Below, in pieces: positions 37,883-46,518 of a stretch of DNA of 64,000 nucleotides. A model generated the notes under the pieces. That model was not told the origin of the DNA. It did no database searches and saw only the letters and a list, made by a program, of their open reading frames with translations. Position numbers and translations under genes: made by a program. The stretch's first letter is position 1. Each line of letters starts with the position of its first letter. Source of the DNA: Alistipes sp. (lineage in GTDB: Bacteria > Bacteroidota > Bacteroidia > Bacteroidales > Rikenellaceae); assembly GCA_045124955.1 (NCBI GenBank), contig JBGVMU010000003.1:85247-149246 (forward strand), in the 5' to 3' direction.

Positions 37883-38034
37883 CAATTGATAGTTGATAAT
37901 TGAGAATTATAGGTAAAAGCGATGCAAAACATCGCTTTTATTTTTTTATTTGTATATCAGATGTAAATTTTAATATAAAATACCACAAATTGTCAATTGT
38001 CAATTGTCAATTATCAATTAGATTTCTAACTTTG
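37877..38034. repeat. Inverted pair of AATTGAC/AATTGTC heptamer arrays enclosing the rnr terminator and ending at the mqnC promoter
   Basis: 37877-37911 (contains the rnr TGA), terminator AAAAGCGATG-CAAAA-CATCGCTTTT at 37915-37947, array at 37988-38020, TAACTTTG at 38027-38034. Confidence 0.88.
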
Positions 38035-38038
38035 CAAT

Positions 38039-39130
38039 ATGGAACTGCACTATATTTACGATAAGGCATTTGCCGGGGAGAGGATTTCGGCAGAGGAGGC
38101 TCTGCGCTTATGGCGTGAGGCTCCGTTGCACGAGTTGGCGGAGCAGGCCGACCGCTTGCGAGCCGAGAAGGTTGCCGACCCGACAGTTGTGACTTGGCAA
38201 ATCGACCGCAACATCAACACCACGAATGTCTGCGTGTCGGGGTGTCGCTTCTGCAACTTCCACTGCAAACCTCACCAAGTCGAGAAGCACTTTATAACCC
38301 CAATCGAGGAGTATATCCGCAAGACCGAGGAGATGTTCGCCCTCGGTGGCGACCAACTTCTCTTGCAGGGCGGTATGCACCCGAAACTCGGCATAGAGTA
38401 CTACGAGGAGCTGTTCTGCGCCCTCAAAGAGCACTTCCCAACGCTTCGCCTGAACGCCCTCGGAGCACCCGAGGTGGCACATATCGCAAAGATTAGCAAC
38501 ATATCTACGCAAGAGGTCTTGGAGCGACTCCGCAATGCCGGTTTATCGTCATTGCCAGGTGCCGGAGCCGAGATTTTGGTGGAGCGAGTGCGCAAGATTA
38601 TCTCACCCGCAAAGCCGAGTGCCGAGGAGTGGCTGCGAGTGATGCACGAGGCGCACGAGATGAATATCCCGACCACCGCAACGATGATGTATGGTCATAT
38701 CGAAACAATAGAGGAGCGTATCGAACACCTTGTTCGTCTGCGTGACTTGCAGGCGGAGTGTCCCGAAGGCAACTACGGCTTTACCGCCTTTATTCCGTGG
38801 ATATTCCGCTCGGAGGGTACGCAACTCGAACAGATGGGCTACTCAACCCACTTCTCGCCAACGGAGTATCTGCGCCTGATTGCGGTGGCACGACTTGTGC
38901 TGAACAATATCCGCAATATTCAGGCGTCGTGGCTTACCGTAGGCAAGCAGACGGCACAGATAGCACTCCACGGCGGAGCGAACGATATGGGCTCGATTAT
39001 GATTGAGGAGAATGTGGTGTCGTCGGCAGGCGCACACAACCGCTTCGACCGAGAGGGCATACAGCAAGCCATTTGTGAGGCGGGCTTTACGCCACGACTG
39101 AGAAATCAACTTTATGAGTACAGAGAATAA
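38039..39130 (+). CDS. mqnC: Cyclic dehypoxanthine futalosine synthase (radical SAM)
   Basis: IDRNINTTNVCVSGCRFCNF (CX3CX2C), LLQGG, SLPGAGAEIL, TATMMYGH, GANDMGSIMIEENVV. Confidence 0.88.
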   Translation: MELHYIYDKAFAGERISAEEALRLWREAPLHELAEQADRLRAEKVADPTVVTWQIDRNINTTNVCVSGCRFCNFHCKPHQVEKHFITPIEEYIRKTEEMFALGGDQLLLQGGMHPKLGIEYYEELFCALKEHFPTLRLNALGAPEVAHIAKISNISTQEVLERLRNAGLSSLPGAGAEILVERVRKIISPAKPSAEEWLRVMHEAHEMNIPTTATMMYGHIETIEERIEHLVRLRDLQAECPEGNYGFTAFIPWIFRSEGTQLEQMGYSTHFSPTEYLRLIAVARLVLNNIRNIQASWLTVGKQTAQIALHGGANDMGSIMIEENVVSSAGAHNRFDREGIQQAICEAGFTPRLRNQLYEYRE

Positions 39131-39180
39131 AAAAACGAGCAGATGCTCGTTTTTTTTGCTATTAGCCATTAGCCATTAGC
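39129..39180. terminator. Bidirectional terminator between mqnC and rimM, followed by a (CCATTAG) array
   Basis: AAAAAAACGAGC-AGAT-GCTCGTTTTTTT; array at 39158-39180. Confidence 0.8.
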
Positions 39181-39182
39181 TT

Positions 39183-39671
39183 TTACTCTATTAGACCGTC
39201 TGGCAAGACAAATTTGATAGTCTGCTTTTCGAAGTCGATTGCGGCGATAAACTCCTCGACCGCAGGGATAAGGTGGCGTTTGCCTTTGAGCTCAATCTCG
39301 AAGAGTGGGTTGAACTCGTTATCGTAGTAGTCGACAATCTCGCCCTTCGAGCGGCCAATGCGCACCTCGAAGCCGATCAAATCATCGAAATAGAACTCGT
39401 CGCTATCCTCCTCCTCGACTTCGAGCATAAGTTCGTGGTCGAGAATCATCTCGGCACGCTTCTCGGTGTCGATGTCGGCAAATGCTACGACCGCACTGCG
39501 CTGACCACGACGAGCGAATGAATCACAAAAAAGAGGAACTACCAACTCCTCCACTTTCGTGAAGAAGGGTTGTTCCTCCCAATTGAAGTTGTCGGGCAGG
39601 GTGTCGTAGAGGTTGATTACTACCTCTCCCTTTACTCCGAAGAGCTTGGTTATGCGCCCTACCGTCAACAT
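39183..39671 (-). CDS. rimM: 16S rRNA processing protein RimM
   Basis: VGRITKLFGVKGEV, FYFDDLIG, LIPAVEEFI; follows rpsP. Confidence 0.93.
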   Translation of the reverse strand: MLTVGRITKLFGVKGEVVINLYDTLPDNFNWEEQPFFTKVEELVVPLFCDSFARRGQRSAVVAFADIDTEKRAEMILDHELMLEVEEEDSDEFYFDDLIGFEVRIGRSKGEIVDYYDNEFNPLFEIELKGKRHLIPAVEEFIAAIDFEKQTIKFVLPDGLIE

Positions 39672-39679
39672 CTTTTGAC

Positions 39680-40222
39680 CTACTCCTCAGCAGGTGTCTC
39701 GGTTGCCTCCTCAGCAGGAGCCTCCTCTGCCTCAGCAGCTGCGGCAGCAGCCTCAGCCTCAGCAGCAGCCTTGCGCTCTGCGATAGCAGCAGCACGAGCC
39801 TCCTTGATTGCAGCCTCAGCAGTAAGGCGAGCCTTCTTGTCAGCCGACTTCTCAGCCTCCAACTTGTTAACCTTAGCGGTTACCTTGCCCTCCTTCTCAC
39901 CAAGCCACTTGTTGAACTTAGCCTCAGCATCGCTCTCAGAGAAAGCGCCCTTAGCTACGCCACCGAGCAGGTGTTTCTTGTACAATACGCCCTTGTACGA
40001 AAGAATCGCACGAGCAGTATCAGTAGGTTGTGCGCCCTTCATTAACCAACCCAAAGCTTGCTCGAAGTTGAGGTCGATTGTAGCAGGATTCGTGTTTGGG
40101 TTGTAAGTACCCAACTTCTCGATGAACTTACCATCACGTGGCGCTCTGCTATCTGCAACAACAATGTGATAGAAAGCATAACCCTTCTTACCATGTCGTG
40201 CCAAACGAATTTTAACAGCCAT
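39680..40222 (-). CDS. rpsP: 30S ribosomal protein S16 with Ala/Glu-rich C-terminal extension
   Basis: [43 protein letters not shown]. Confidence 0.98.
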   Translation of the reverse strand: MAVKIRLARHGKKGYAFYHIVVADSRAPRDGKFIEKLGTYNPNTNPATIDLNFEQALGWLMKGAQPTDTARAILSYKGVLYKKHLLGGVAKGAFSESDAEAKFNKWLGEKEGKVTAKVNKLEAEKSADKKARLTAEAAIKEARAAAIAERKAAAEAEAAAAAAEAEEAPAEEATETPAEE

Positions 40223-40287
40223 AATGCTTGTAAAATTTTAATTGTTAATAAATGGTTTTCACTAACCCACAATAGGTTAATCGGCTG

Positions 40288-40334
40288 CAAAGGTACGAAT
40301 AAAATTCAAAATGCAAAATTCAAAATGCAAAATT
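40288..40334 (-). promoter_or_regulatory. rpsP promoter with (CAAAATK)x4 heptamer array
   Basis: TACCTTTG on the minus strand at 40288-40295; array at 40301-40334. Confidence 0.7.
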
Positions 40335-40350
40335 AAACTTAAAAATTAAA

Positions 40351-40537
40351 AATTATCGGAATTATATAGTTTAGTGTTGTCAAAAACATAAAGGAATACC
40401 CCTCTGGCTTTCAGCCACCTCCCCTAACTTAGGGGAGGAATATAAAATAAAGTATTGTCCCCCTAAATTAGGGGGACGAGCGTAGCGGAGGGGGTATGTA
40501 AAAAACTACAACACTAAACTGTATAATTCCGAAAATT
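40351..40537. mobile_element. 187-bp MITE-like element: 30-bp inverted ends enclosing REP-like doublet copy 2
   Basis: 40351-40380 and 40508-40537 are reverse complements with 2 mismatches; the doublet lies at 40399-40505; no transposase present. Confidence 0.55.
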
Positions 40538-40555
40538 ATTTACCTCTGCCATAGT

Positions 40556-41083
40556 CTATTCCGCTTGTCGCTTATATATCTTGCGAACATTTTTCTCGTT
40601 TACAGTATCATAATAGTCGAACACAAGGTATTCACCATTAAAACCTGACACCGTCATTCGGGAGTTCCAATCGCCACTAAACACGAGTTGATTGCTCTCT
40701 ATATCGTAGTGCCAATCGAAAACCAACGGAGTCTCATCTTCGTCTGGGAAATAGTGCCAAGGAGCTCTTGAACCTTTACCGTCAGCCGTAAAGGTGTATG
40801 TTGTACCACGCCAACCAACACAATCACTGTTGTATTCGCCTACCACCAAGCACCATTCAGTGATTTTTCCCCAATTGTCGTCATAACGAACATCGGTATC
40901 AAGCTTCCACACGCCAGGCAACTCTTGCGCAAAGGTCGTAGCATCGAAATTTTGGCATTGAGCCACGATATTTTCAACCGCTTGTTCGTGCTTACTCTTT
41001 TGCTGCCCATCATTTGGGCTCTCGCAGGCAACCGCCACTACCATTGCTATCAACGCAATCAATACTTTTGTCTTCATAGCCAA
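40556..41083 (-). CDS. Lipocalin-like lipoprotein
   Basis: Lipobox VAVAC; LPGVWKL (GxW), YTFTADGKG, WHYD. Confidence 0.7.
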   Translation of the reverse strand: MAMKTKVLIALIAMVVAVACESPNDGQQKSKHEQAVENIVAQCQNFDATTFAQELPGVWKLDTDVRYDDNWGKITEWCLVVGEYNSDCVGWRGTTYTFTADGKGSRAPWHYFPDEDETPLVFDWHYDIESNQLVFSGDWNSRMTVSGFNGEYLVFDYYDTVNEKNVRKIYKRQAE

Positions 41084-41207
41084 TAATTTTATTAAGATGT
41101 TTGCACTACAAATTTATAAAAAATCGGCTATTTGGTTTTTGAGAATTGATATTTTTTTGATTTTTCGATAGTTTTACGATTAAAAGGCGGTATATTTGCG
41201 GTAAGAA

Positions 41208-42008
41208 ATGAGAGCGTTTATGGCTTGGAGCGAAATTTTACCACTTTTGTTGATTCCCTTCGCAGGTACTGTGATTGGTGCTGCGACGGTGCTGTTTGTT
41301 GGAGAAAAATCGGCCGACAAAGTGCGTCGTGCCCTGCTCGGCTTCGCCTCGGGCGTGATGGTGGCGGCATCGGTATGGTCGTTGCTCATCCCTGCGATGA
41401 ACGAGTCGGCAGAGATGGGGCGATTTGCTTGGGTGCCGGCAACCGTAGGTCTCCTGCTCGGTGTTCTCTTTATGCTTGCGCTCGACACCTTTACTCCGCA
41501 CCTTCACCCAGATAGTGATAAACCCGAAGGCCCTCAATCGAAGTTGGGTCGCTCGTCGATGCTCGTCTTGGCGGTTACGCTCCACAACATCCCCGAGGGT
41601 ATGGCAGTGGGCGTTGTGGCGGCAGGCGTACTGACGGGCGAGGTGGGTATGACCTTTGCCGGAGCATTGGCTCTCGCCATAGGTCTTGCCATTCAAAATA
41701 TCCCCGAGGGGGCAATTATCTCGCTTCCGCTACGCTCCTCGGGCAACTCACGCAGTCGTGCCTTTGGCTATGGCGCATTGTCGGGCTTGGTAGAGCCAAT
41801 ATCCGCTGTCCTCACCATTCTCTGCATAGAGTATCTCTCGGGCGTATTCCCATATATGCTCGCCTTTGCCGCAGGTGCGATGATATATGTTGTGGTTGAG
41901 GAACTTATCCCCGAATCGCACGACGGTCATCACTCCAACACTCCGACCATCGCCTTTGCCATAGGCTTTGCTCTGATGATGGTGCTCGATGTGGCTTTGG
42001 GGCAATAG
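41208..42008 (+). CDS. ZIP-family metal transporter (ZupT-like)
   Basis: GFASGVM, AVTLHNIPEG, AIQNIPEG, AFAAGAMIYVVVEELIPE. Confidence 0.93.
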   Translation: MRAFMAWSEILPLLLIPFAGTVIGAATVLFVGEKSADKVRRALLGFASGVMVAASVWSLLIPAMNESAEMGRFAWVPATVGLLLGVLFMLALDTFTPHLHPDSDKPEGPQSKLGRSSMLVLAVTLHNIPEGMAVGVVAAGVLTGEVGMTFAGALALAIGLAIQNIPEGAIISLPLRSSGNSRSRAFGYGALSGLVEPISAVLTILCIEYLSGVFPYMLAFAAGAMIYVVVEELIPESHDGHHSNTPTIAFAIGFALMMVLDVALGQ

Positions 42009-42117
42009 GTATAAATACCTATTTTTTCTCTCACACTCTCCTTTTTTGTATAACATGGGGCTTTTTTGGTTATATTTGTCGCTGTAAAAAGAGAAAATAG
42101 ACCCAAATTATAACTCT

Positions 42118-43335
42118 ATGTTATTGACAATCTTCAACTATGTATGGCTCATAGCTATGTTCTGCGTAGTTCCGGCAGGCGTGCTATGGTTGTGCCGTAA
42201 GTATCCGATTTGCGACAAAATCGGTCCTGTGATGCTTCTCTACGCTATCGGACTCGTGATTGCGAATATCCCGATGCCGGCAGAGATTAAGACCTTGCAG
42301 GGAATTATCCCAACAATTATGATTCCGTTGGCTATTCCGATGATGCTCTTCGGTTGCACCTTCAAGACCAGCGAACTCTCGCTCCAAGTCAGATTGGTAG
42401 CGAGTGGTGTTATCTCGGTATGTTTGGCAGTCGTAGGTGGCTATCTGCTCTTTGGCGAAGACATACATCAGGGCGCAGAGATTGGAGGTATGTTGGCAGG
42501 AAAGTGCACGGGAGGTACGCTCAATGCTGCGGCAATCAAGGAGGGCTTGCGCATTAGCGACAGCACCTATATCTTGCTCACCACCTACGATATCGTAATC
42601 TGTTTCTTCTACTTCGTATTCCTCTTGGCAGGCGGTATTCGTCTGTTCCGTTGGCTCTATGGCGAGAAGACTCGACTCGATATCTCGGAGGAGGATGCCG
42701 AGGCTATCAAGGAGGAGATGAAGGCGGTGAAGGCCAACCCATACAAGGGTTTGTGGTCGAAGGCGGGATTTAAGCAGATTTTCAAAGTTCTTGCTACAAC
42801 GATTGTTGTGGTTATTGTTGCTGCGGGTATGTCCTACCTTATTGGTTGGATCTTCGATGCCGACCTTGCGAACTTTATGAACGAGAAGAAGGGTGGTTGG
42901 TTTATGGCTCCATTTATCCTTATGCTTACCACTATCGGTATCGGTCTTTCGTTCTGCAAGCCTATCCAGAAGTTCGACAAGAGCTACGACCTGGGAATGT
43001 ACCTTATATATATATTCTCTATGGCGATAGCCTCGATGGCAGACCTCTCGAACTTGCAGATTATGGAGAACTTGAATATGATTGCATTCCTCACATTCGC
43101 AATCTTCGTTTCGTTGTTCATCCACGCCATCATCTGCCGCTTCTTCAAGGTTAATGCCGACTCTATGGTAATCTCGTCGGTGGCATTTATCAACTCGCCA
43201 CCATTTGTGCCGATGATTGCCAACGCAATGAAGAATCGTGCCGCCCTCGTTACGGGTATCACAGCCGGACTTATGGGCTATGCCGTAGGTAACTACCTCG
43301 GTATCTTGATGGCCAAATTATTACATTTACTCTAA
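42118..43335 (+). CDS. DUF819-like multi-pass membrane protein
   Basis: Many TM segments; PLAIPMMLF, TGGTLN, INSPPFVP, GITAGLMGYAVGNYLG. Confidence 0.78.
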   Translation: MLLTIFNYVWLIAMFCVVPAGVLWLCRKYPICDKIGPVMLLYAIGLVIANIPMPAEIKTLQGIIPTIMIPLAIPMMLFGCTFKTSELSLQVRLVASGVISVCLAVVGGYLLFGEDIHQGAEIGGMLAGKCTGGTLNAAAIKEGLRISDSTYILLTTYDIVICFFYFVFLLAGGIRLFRWLYGEKTRLDISEEDAEAIKEEMKAVKANPYKGLWSKAGFKQIFKVLATTIVVVIVAAGMSYLIGWIFDADLANFMNEKKGGWFMAPFILMLTTIGIGLSFCKPIQKFDKSYDLGMYLIYIFSMAIASMADLSNLQIMENLNMIAFLTFAIFVSLFIHAIICRFFKVNADSMVISSVAFINSPPFVPMIANAMKNRAALVTGITAGLMGYAVGNYLGILMAKLLHLL

Positions 43336-43352
43336 TTTAATACGACACTATT

Positions 43353-44861
43353 ATGCGTAAAATTTTTGCTTTGGCAGTTAGTGCCATATTGCTTGTTTCG
43401 ACAACCGCCTCGGCAGAGCCGAAGATAGACGAAAGACGAGAGACGAAAGACGAGAGACAAGAGACGAAAGACGAAAGAAAAAGTACAACCGAAGCAGCCG
43501 ACACAAAGAAGCAGATTGTGAAGAAGGGTTGGAACTTTGCTCCATTCCCATCTATCGGCTACAATAGCGACACAGGTTTTCAGATTGGTGCTTTGTGCGA
43601 GATCTTCGACTATGGCGACGGCTCGACCTATCCGGGCTACCGCCACAAGTTCAATGTCGATTTGTCGTGGACAACAAAAAATCAGGTTAAGTTACACTTC
43701 TTCTACGACTCGAAATACCTTATCCCTAAGGTGCGTCTTACGGCGGCTGTGACCTATCTGAACTCGCAGATGTATCCGTTTATGGGCTTCAATGGCAGCG
43801 CTTCGCCCTACTACGACTTCCTCGCAAGTGGCAAGAAGCAGGACTATGGCGTTGCGATGTATAATGTAAAGCGCAATATGATGCGTGTTATGGCGGACTT
43901 CCAGGGTAATATCACCTCGCCAAAGTTCCGCTGGGCAGCAGGTATTTCGTATTGGTGGTACGATGTGCAGGATGTATCGTTGAAGAAGTATAAGTTCGGC
44001 GAGACCGCAGCAAACTACCTCGAATCGCAGGATATCCACTCGCAGTCGCTCTGGAAGTTGTACCAGAAGGCGGGTCTTATCCACGCAAACGAGGCAGACG
44101 GTGGTCACCACATCGAGTTGAAGGCGGGTTTGGTCTACGATAGCCGTGAGCACGAGGCTGACCCTACACGAGGTATCTGGGCAGAGGTTTATGCCTACGG
44201 CTCGCCAGATATCCTCAATGGTCGTGGCAAGGATGGTTACCACTACCTCAAATTGGCTGCTCACTTCCGCCACTATGTGCCTATTTGGAAGGATAAGATT
44301 GTATTTGCCTACCACCTCGCATATCAGGGCTTGTTGGCTGGTCGTGCGCCATACTACACCTTGCAGAATATCAATACCCTCTACCTCCGCCAGATTATCT
44401 CTGACGGTTTGGGAAGTATCAACACAGTGCGTGGTGTGCCATACAACAGCGTGATTGGCGATGGTTATGCGTGGGCAAACTTCGAGATGCGATTTAAGCT
44501 CGTGTCGTTCCGCTTTATCAAGCAGAACTTCTACCTCGCAACCAACCCATTCTTCGATATGGGTGCGTGCATTCAGCCTTATCGCCTCGACGAGATGCGC
44601 TCGGTGCTTACAAATAATGAGTTATCGCAAGCAGAGAAAGACCTCATCTACACAGGTCAGAAGGAGAAGTTGCATATGAGTGCGGGTGTTGGTTTGAAGT
44701 TGGCTATGAACCGCAACTTTATCCTCTCGGCAGAGGTTGCAGTACCACTCAACACCAAGATCTACACCTCTACCGATGTAAGCAAGGGTTTCAACGGAGA
44801 GATAAAGATGAAGAACTCCTACAAGCCGGGTGTGAATATTGGTTTGAATTATATATTCTAA
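43353..44861 (+). CDS. Omp85/BamA-TamA-like outer-membrane beta-barrel without obvious POTRA domains
   Basis: Signal peptide ASA|E; barrel begins at GWNFAPFP; YDSREHEADPTRG, TVRGVP loop motif, C-terminal NIGLNYIF. Confidence 0.75.
   Translation: MRKIFALAVSAILLVSTTASAEPKIDERRETKDERQETKDERKSTTEAADTKKQIVKKGWNFAPFPSIGYNSDTGFQIGALCEIFDYGDGSTYPGYRHKFNVDLSWTTKNQVKLHFFYDSKYLIPKVRLTAAVTYLNSQMYPFMGFNGSASPYYDFLASGKKQDYGVAMYNVKRNMMRVMADFQGNITSPKFRWAAGISYWWYDVQDVSLKKYKFGETAANYLESQDIHSQSLWKLYQKAGLIHANEADGGHHIELKAGLVYDSREHEADPTRGIWAEVYAYGSPDILNGRGKDGYHYLKLAAHFRHYVPIWKDKIVFAYHLAYQGLLAGRAPYYTLQNINTLYLRQIISDGLGSINTVRGVPYNSVIGDGYAWANFEMRFKLVSFRFIKQNFYLATNPFFDMGACIQPYRLDEMRSVLTNNELSQAEKDLIYTGQKEKLHMSAGVGLKLAMNRNFILSAEVAVPLNTKIYTSTDVSKGFNGEIKMKNSYKPGVNIGLNYIF
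43428..43476 (+). repeat. (GACGARA)x7 heptamer array inside the Omp85-like CDS
   Basis: gacgaaa-gacgaga-gacgaaa-gacgaga-gacaaga-gacgaaa-gacgaaa encodes DERRETKDERQETKDER. Confidence 0.92.
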
Positions 44862-44881
44862 ATCTGATAGTTGATATAGAT

Positions 44882-44921
44882 AGAGATGGCGACCAAGAAA
44901 TTGGTCGCCATCTCTGTTTTT
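44882..44921. terminator. Terminator between the convergent Omp85-like and MATE genes
   Basis: AGAGATGGCGACCAA-GAAA-TTGGTCGCCATCTCT followed by T residues. Confidence 0.85.
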
Positions 44922-44941
44922 ATCTGTCTTGATAGGGTAGT

Positions 44942-46369
44942 CTATTGCACCTTCAACTCCATACGCTTAATCTTGCGTATCTGCCATACAAAGAGGATGA
45001 ATGCCAAGAGGATAGATGCACTATCGGCAATAGGCATCGAGATCCATACGCCATAGGCTCCGAGGTGTCGAGGTAAGAGCCACAACATCGGCAAGAGGAA
45101 GAGCAACTGTCGGGTGAGCGACATAAAGATTGCCAACGGTGCCTTGCCGATATATTGGAAGAAACCACCTACAACAATCTGGAAGCCCACGAGCGGGAAC
45201 ATCATCAAGATGAGTCGCATACCCTGTGCCGACGCCTCGATGAGAAGGCTCTCGTCGCCACCTCGTGACGAATCGACAAAGGCACGAGCGATAATGTGCG
45301 GTATGCTCTCGCCCAAGGCAAAGCCGAGCGTGGCGATTGTCACTCCGCAACCGATAGTCATAAATACCGTCTTGCGCACTCGGGCAAAGTTCTTTGCTCC
45401 GTAGTTATAGCCCACGATAGGCTGCATACCCTGATTCAGACCCTGCACCACCATAATAAAGAGCAACGCCACACGATTGACAATGCCGTAGGCTCCGACA
45501 TACAAATCGGATGCACCTTGCTCTCTCGGTACTATGTCGTGTGCGCCCAAACCACCAAATTGCAACATCGCAGTATTGACAAATGCCGCAACCATCGAGG
45601 CGCAGATGTTCATCAAAAACGGAGCAAGTCCTATCGAGAGGATATTGCCTACAATCTTCCAATCGAAGTGAAACGCCTCACGCTTGAAGCGCAGGAACGA
45701 CTTCTTCGAGCAGAAGTGTGACAGAGCAAGCAGGAAGCAGACAAACTGCGAGATTACCGTAGCCGCAGCCGAGCCCTGAATGCCCCAATGGAATACGAAT
45801 ATAAAGAGCGGATTGAGAACGAGATTTATCGCCACCGAGGTGAGCATTATCGCCATCGACTTGCGAGGGTTGCCCGAGGCACGAATCATATCGTTCATAC
45901 CGAGGTAGAGGTGCTGGGTGATGTTTCCGAGCAGGATTATGCGCATAAACTGTCGGGCATACTCCAAGGTCTCGGCCGACGCCTTACCTCCGCTGAACAG
46001 CACCAAAATCTCGTTGAGGAAGGTGAGCATAAGCACCATTATCGTGAAGCCGATAACGATGTTTAGAAGTACGGCATTGCATAAGGTCTTCTCGGCAGCT
46101 CGTTTGTTGCCCTCGCCCAGACGCAACGATATGCGGGCACCTGCGCCCACACCAACCATCGCTCCGAAGGCTGCGCCGATATTCATAATCGGCATCGTAA
46201 TAGCCATACCTGCAATGGCGGCTCCTCCAACTCCGTGACCCACGAAGGCACTATCAATAAGGTGATATAGCGATGACGAAGCCATCGCTATAATCGCCGG
46301 CGTTGCGTAGTTGAATAGCAACTTGCCGATATTATCAGTACCTAACGAGAGTGTCGCTGACTTGTTCAT
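44942..46369 (-). CDS. MATE-family efflux transporter
   Basis: IDSAFVGHGVG, RASGNPRKSM, NLVLNPLFIFVFHWGIQGSAAATVISQ, QPIVGYNYGA. Confidence 0.95.
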   Translation of the reverse strand: MNKSATLSLGTDNIGKLLFNYATPAIIAMASSSLYHLIDSAFVGHGVGGAAIAGMAITMPIMNIGAAFGAMVGVGAGARISLRLGEGNKRAAEKTLCNAVLLNIVIGFTIMVLMLTFLNEILVLFSGGKASAETLEYARQFMRIILLGNITQHLYLGMNDMIRASGNPRKSMAIMLTSVAINLVLNPLFIFVFHWGIQGSAAATVISQFVCFLLALSHFCSKKSFLRFKREAFHFDWKIVGNILSIGLAPFLMNICASMVAAFVNTAMLQFGGLGAHDIVPREQGASDLYVGAYGIVNRVALLFIMVVQGLNQGMQPIVGYNYGAKNFARVRKTVFMTIGCGVTIATLGFALGESIPHIIARAFVDSSRGGDESLLIEASAQGMRLILMMFPLVGFQIVVGGFFQYIGKAPLAIFMSLTRQLLFLLPMLWLLPRHLGAYGVWISMPIADSASILLAFILFVWQIRKIKRMELKVQ

Positions 46370-46375
46370 AGCATA

Positions 46376-46498
46376 AAAATCGTTCTGATTGGCTCTTTTT
46401 GCACCTTACTTGCAGTGAAAATGCTCACATACGCCCAAGTATGCTCCGCTTCTCACTACTGCGTAACGCACAAAAATAGCCTAATCATCGACGATTTT
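46376..46498. repeat. ~123-bp palindromic element, copy D (between TolC and MATE)
   Basis: AAAATCGTTCTGATTGG...CTCACATAC-GCCCAA-GTATGCTCCG...ACGATTTT. Confidence 0.85.
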
Positions 46499-46518
46499 GG
46501 ATATTCTATAGATAAAAA

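Noticed and set aside
39680-39900. Ala/Glu-rich extension of S16
   Set aside because: Long S16 tails are usual in Bacteroidota.
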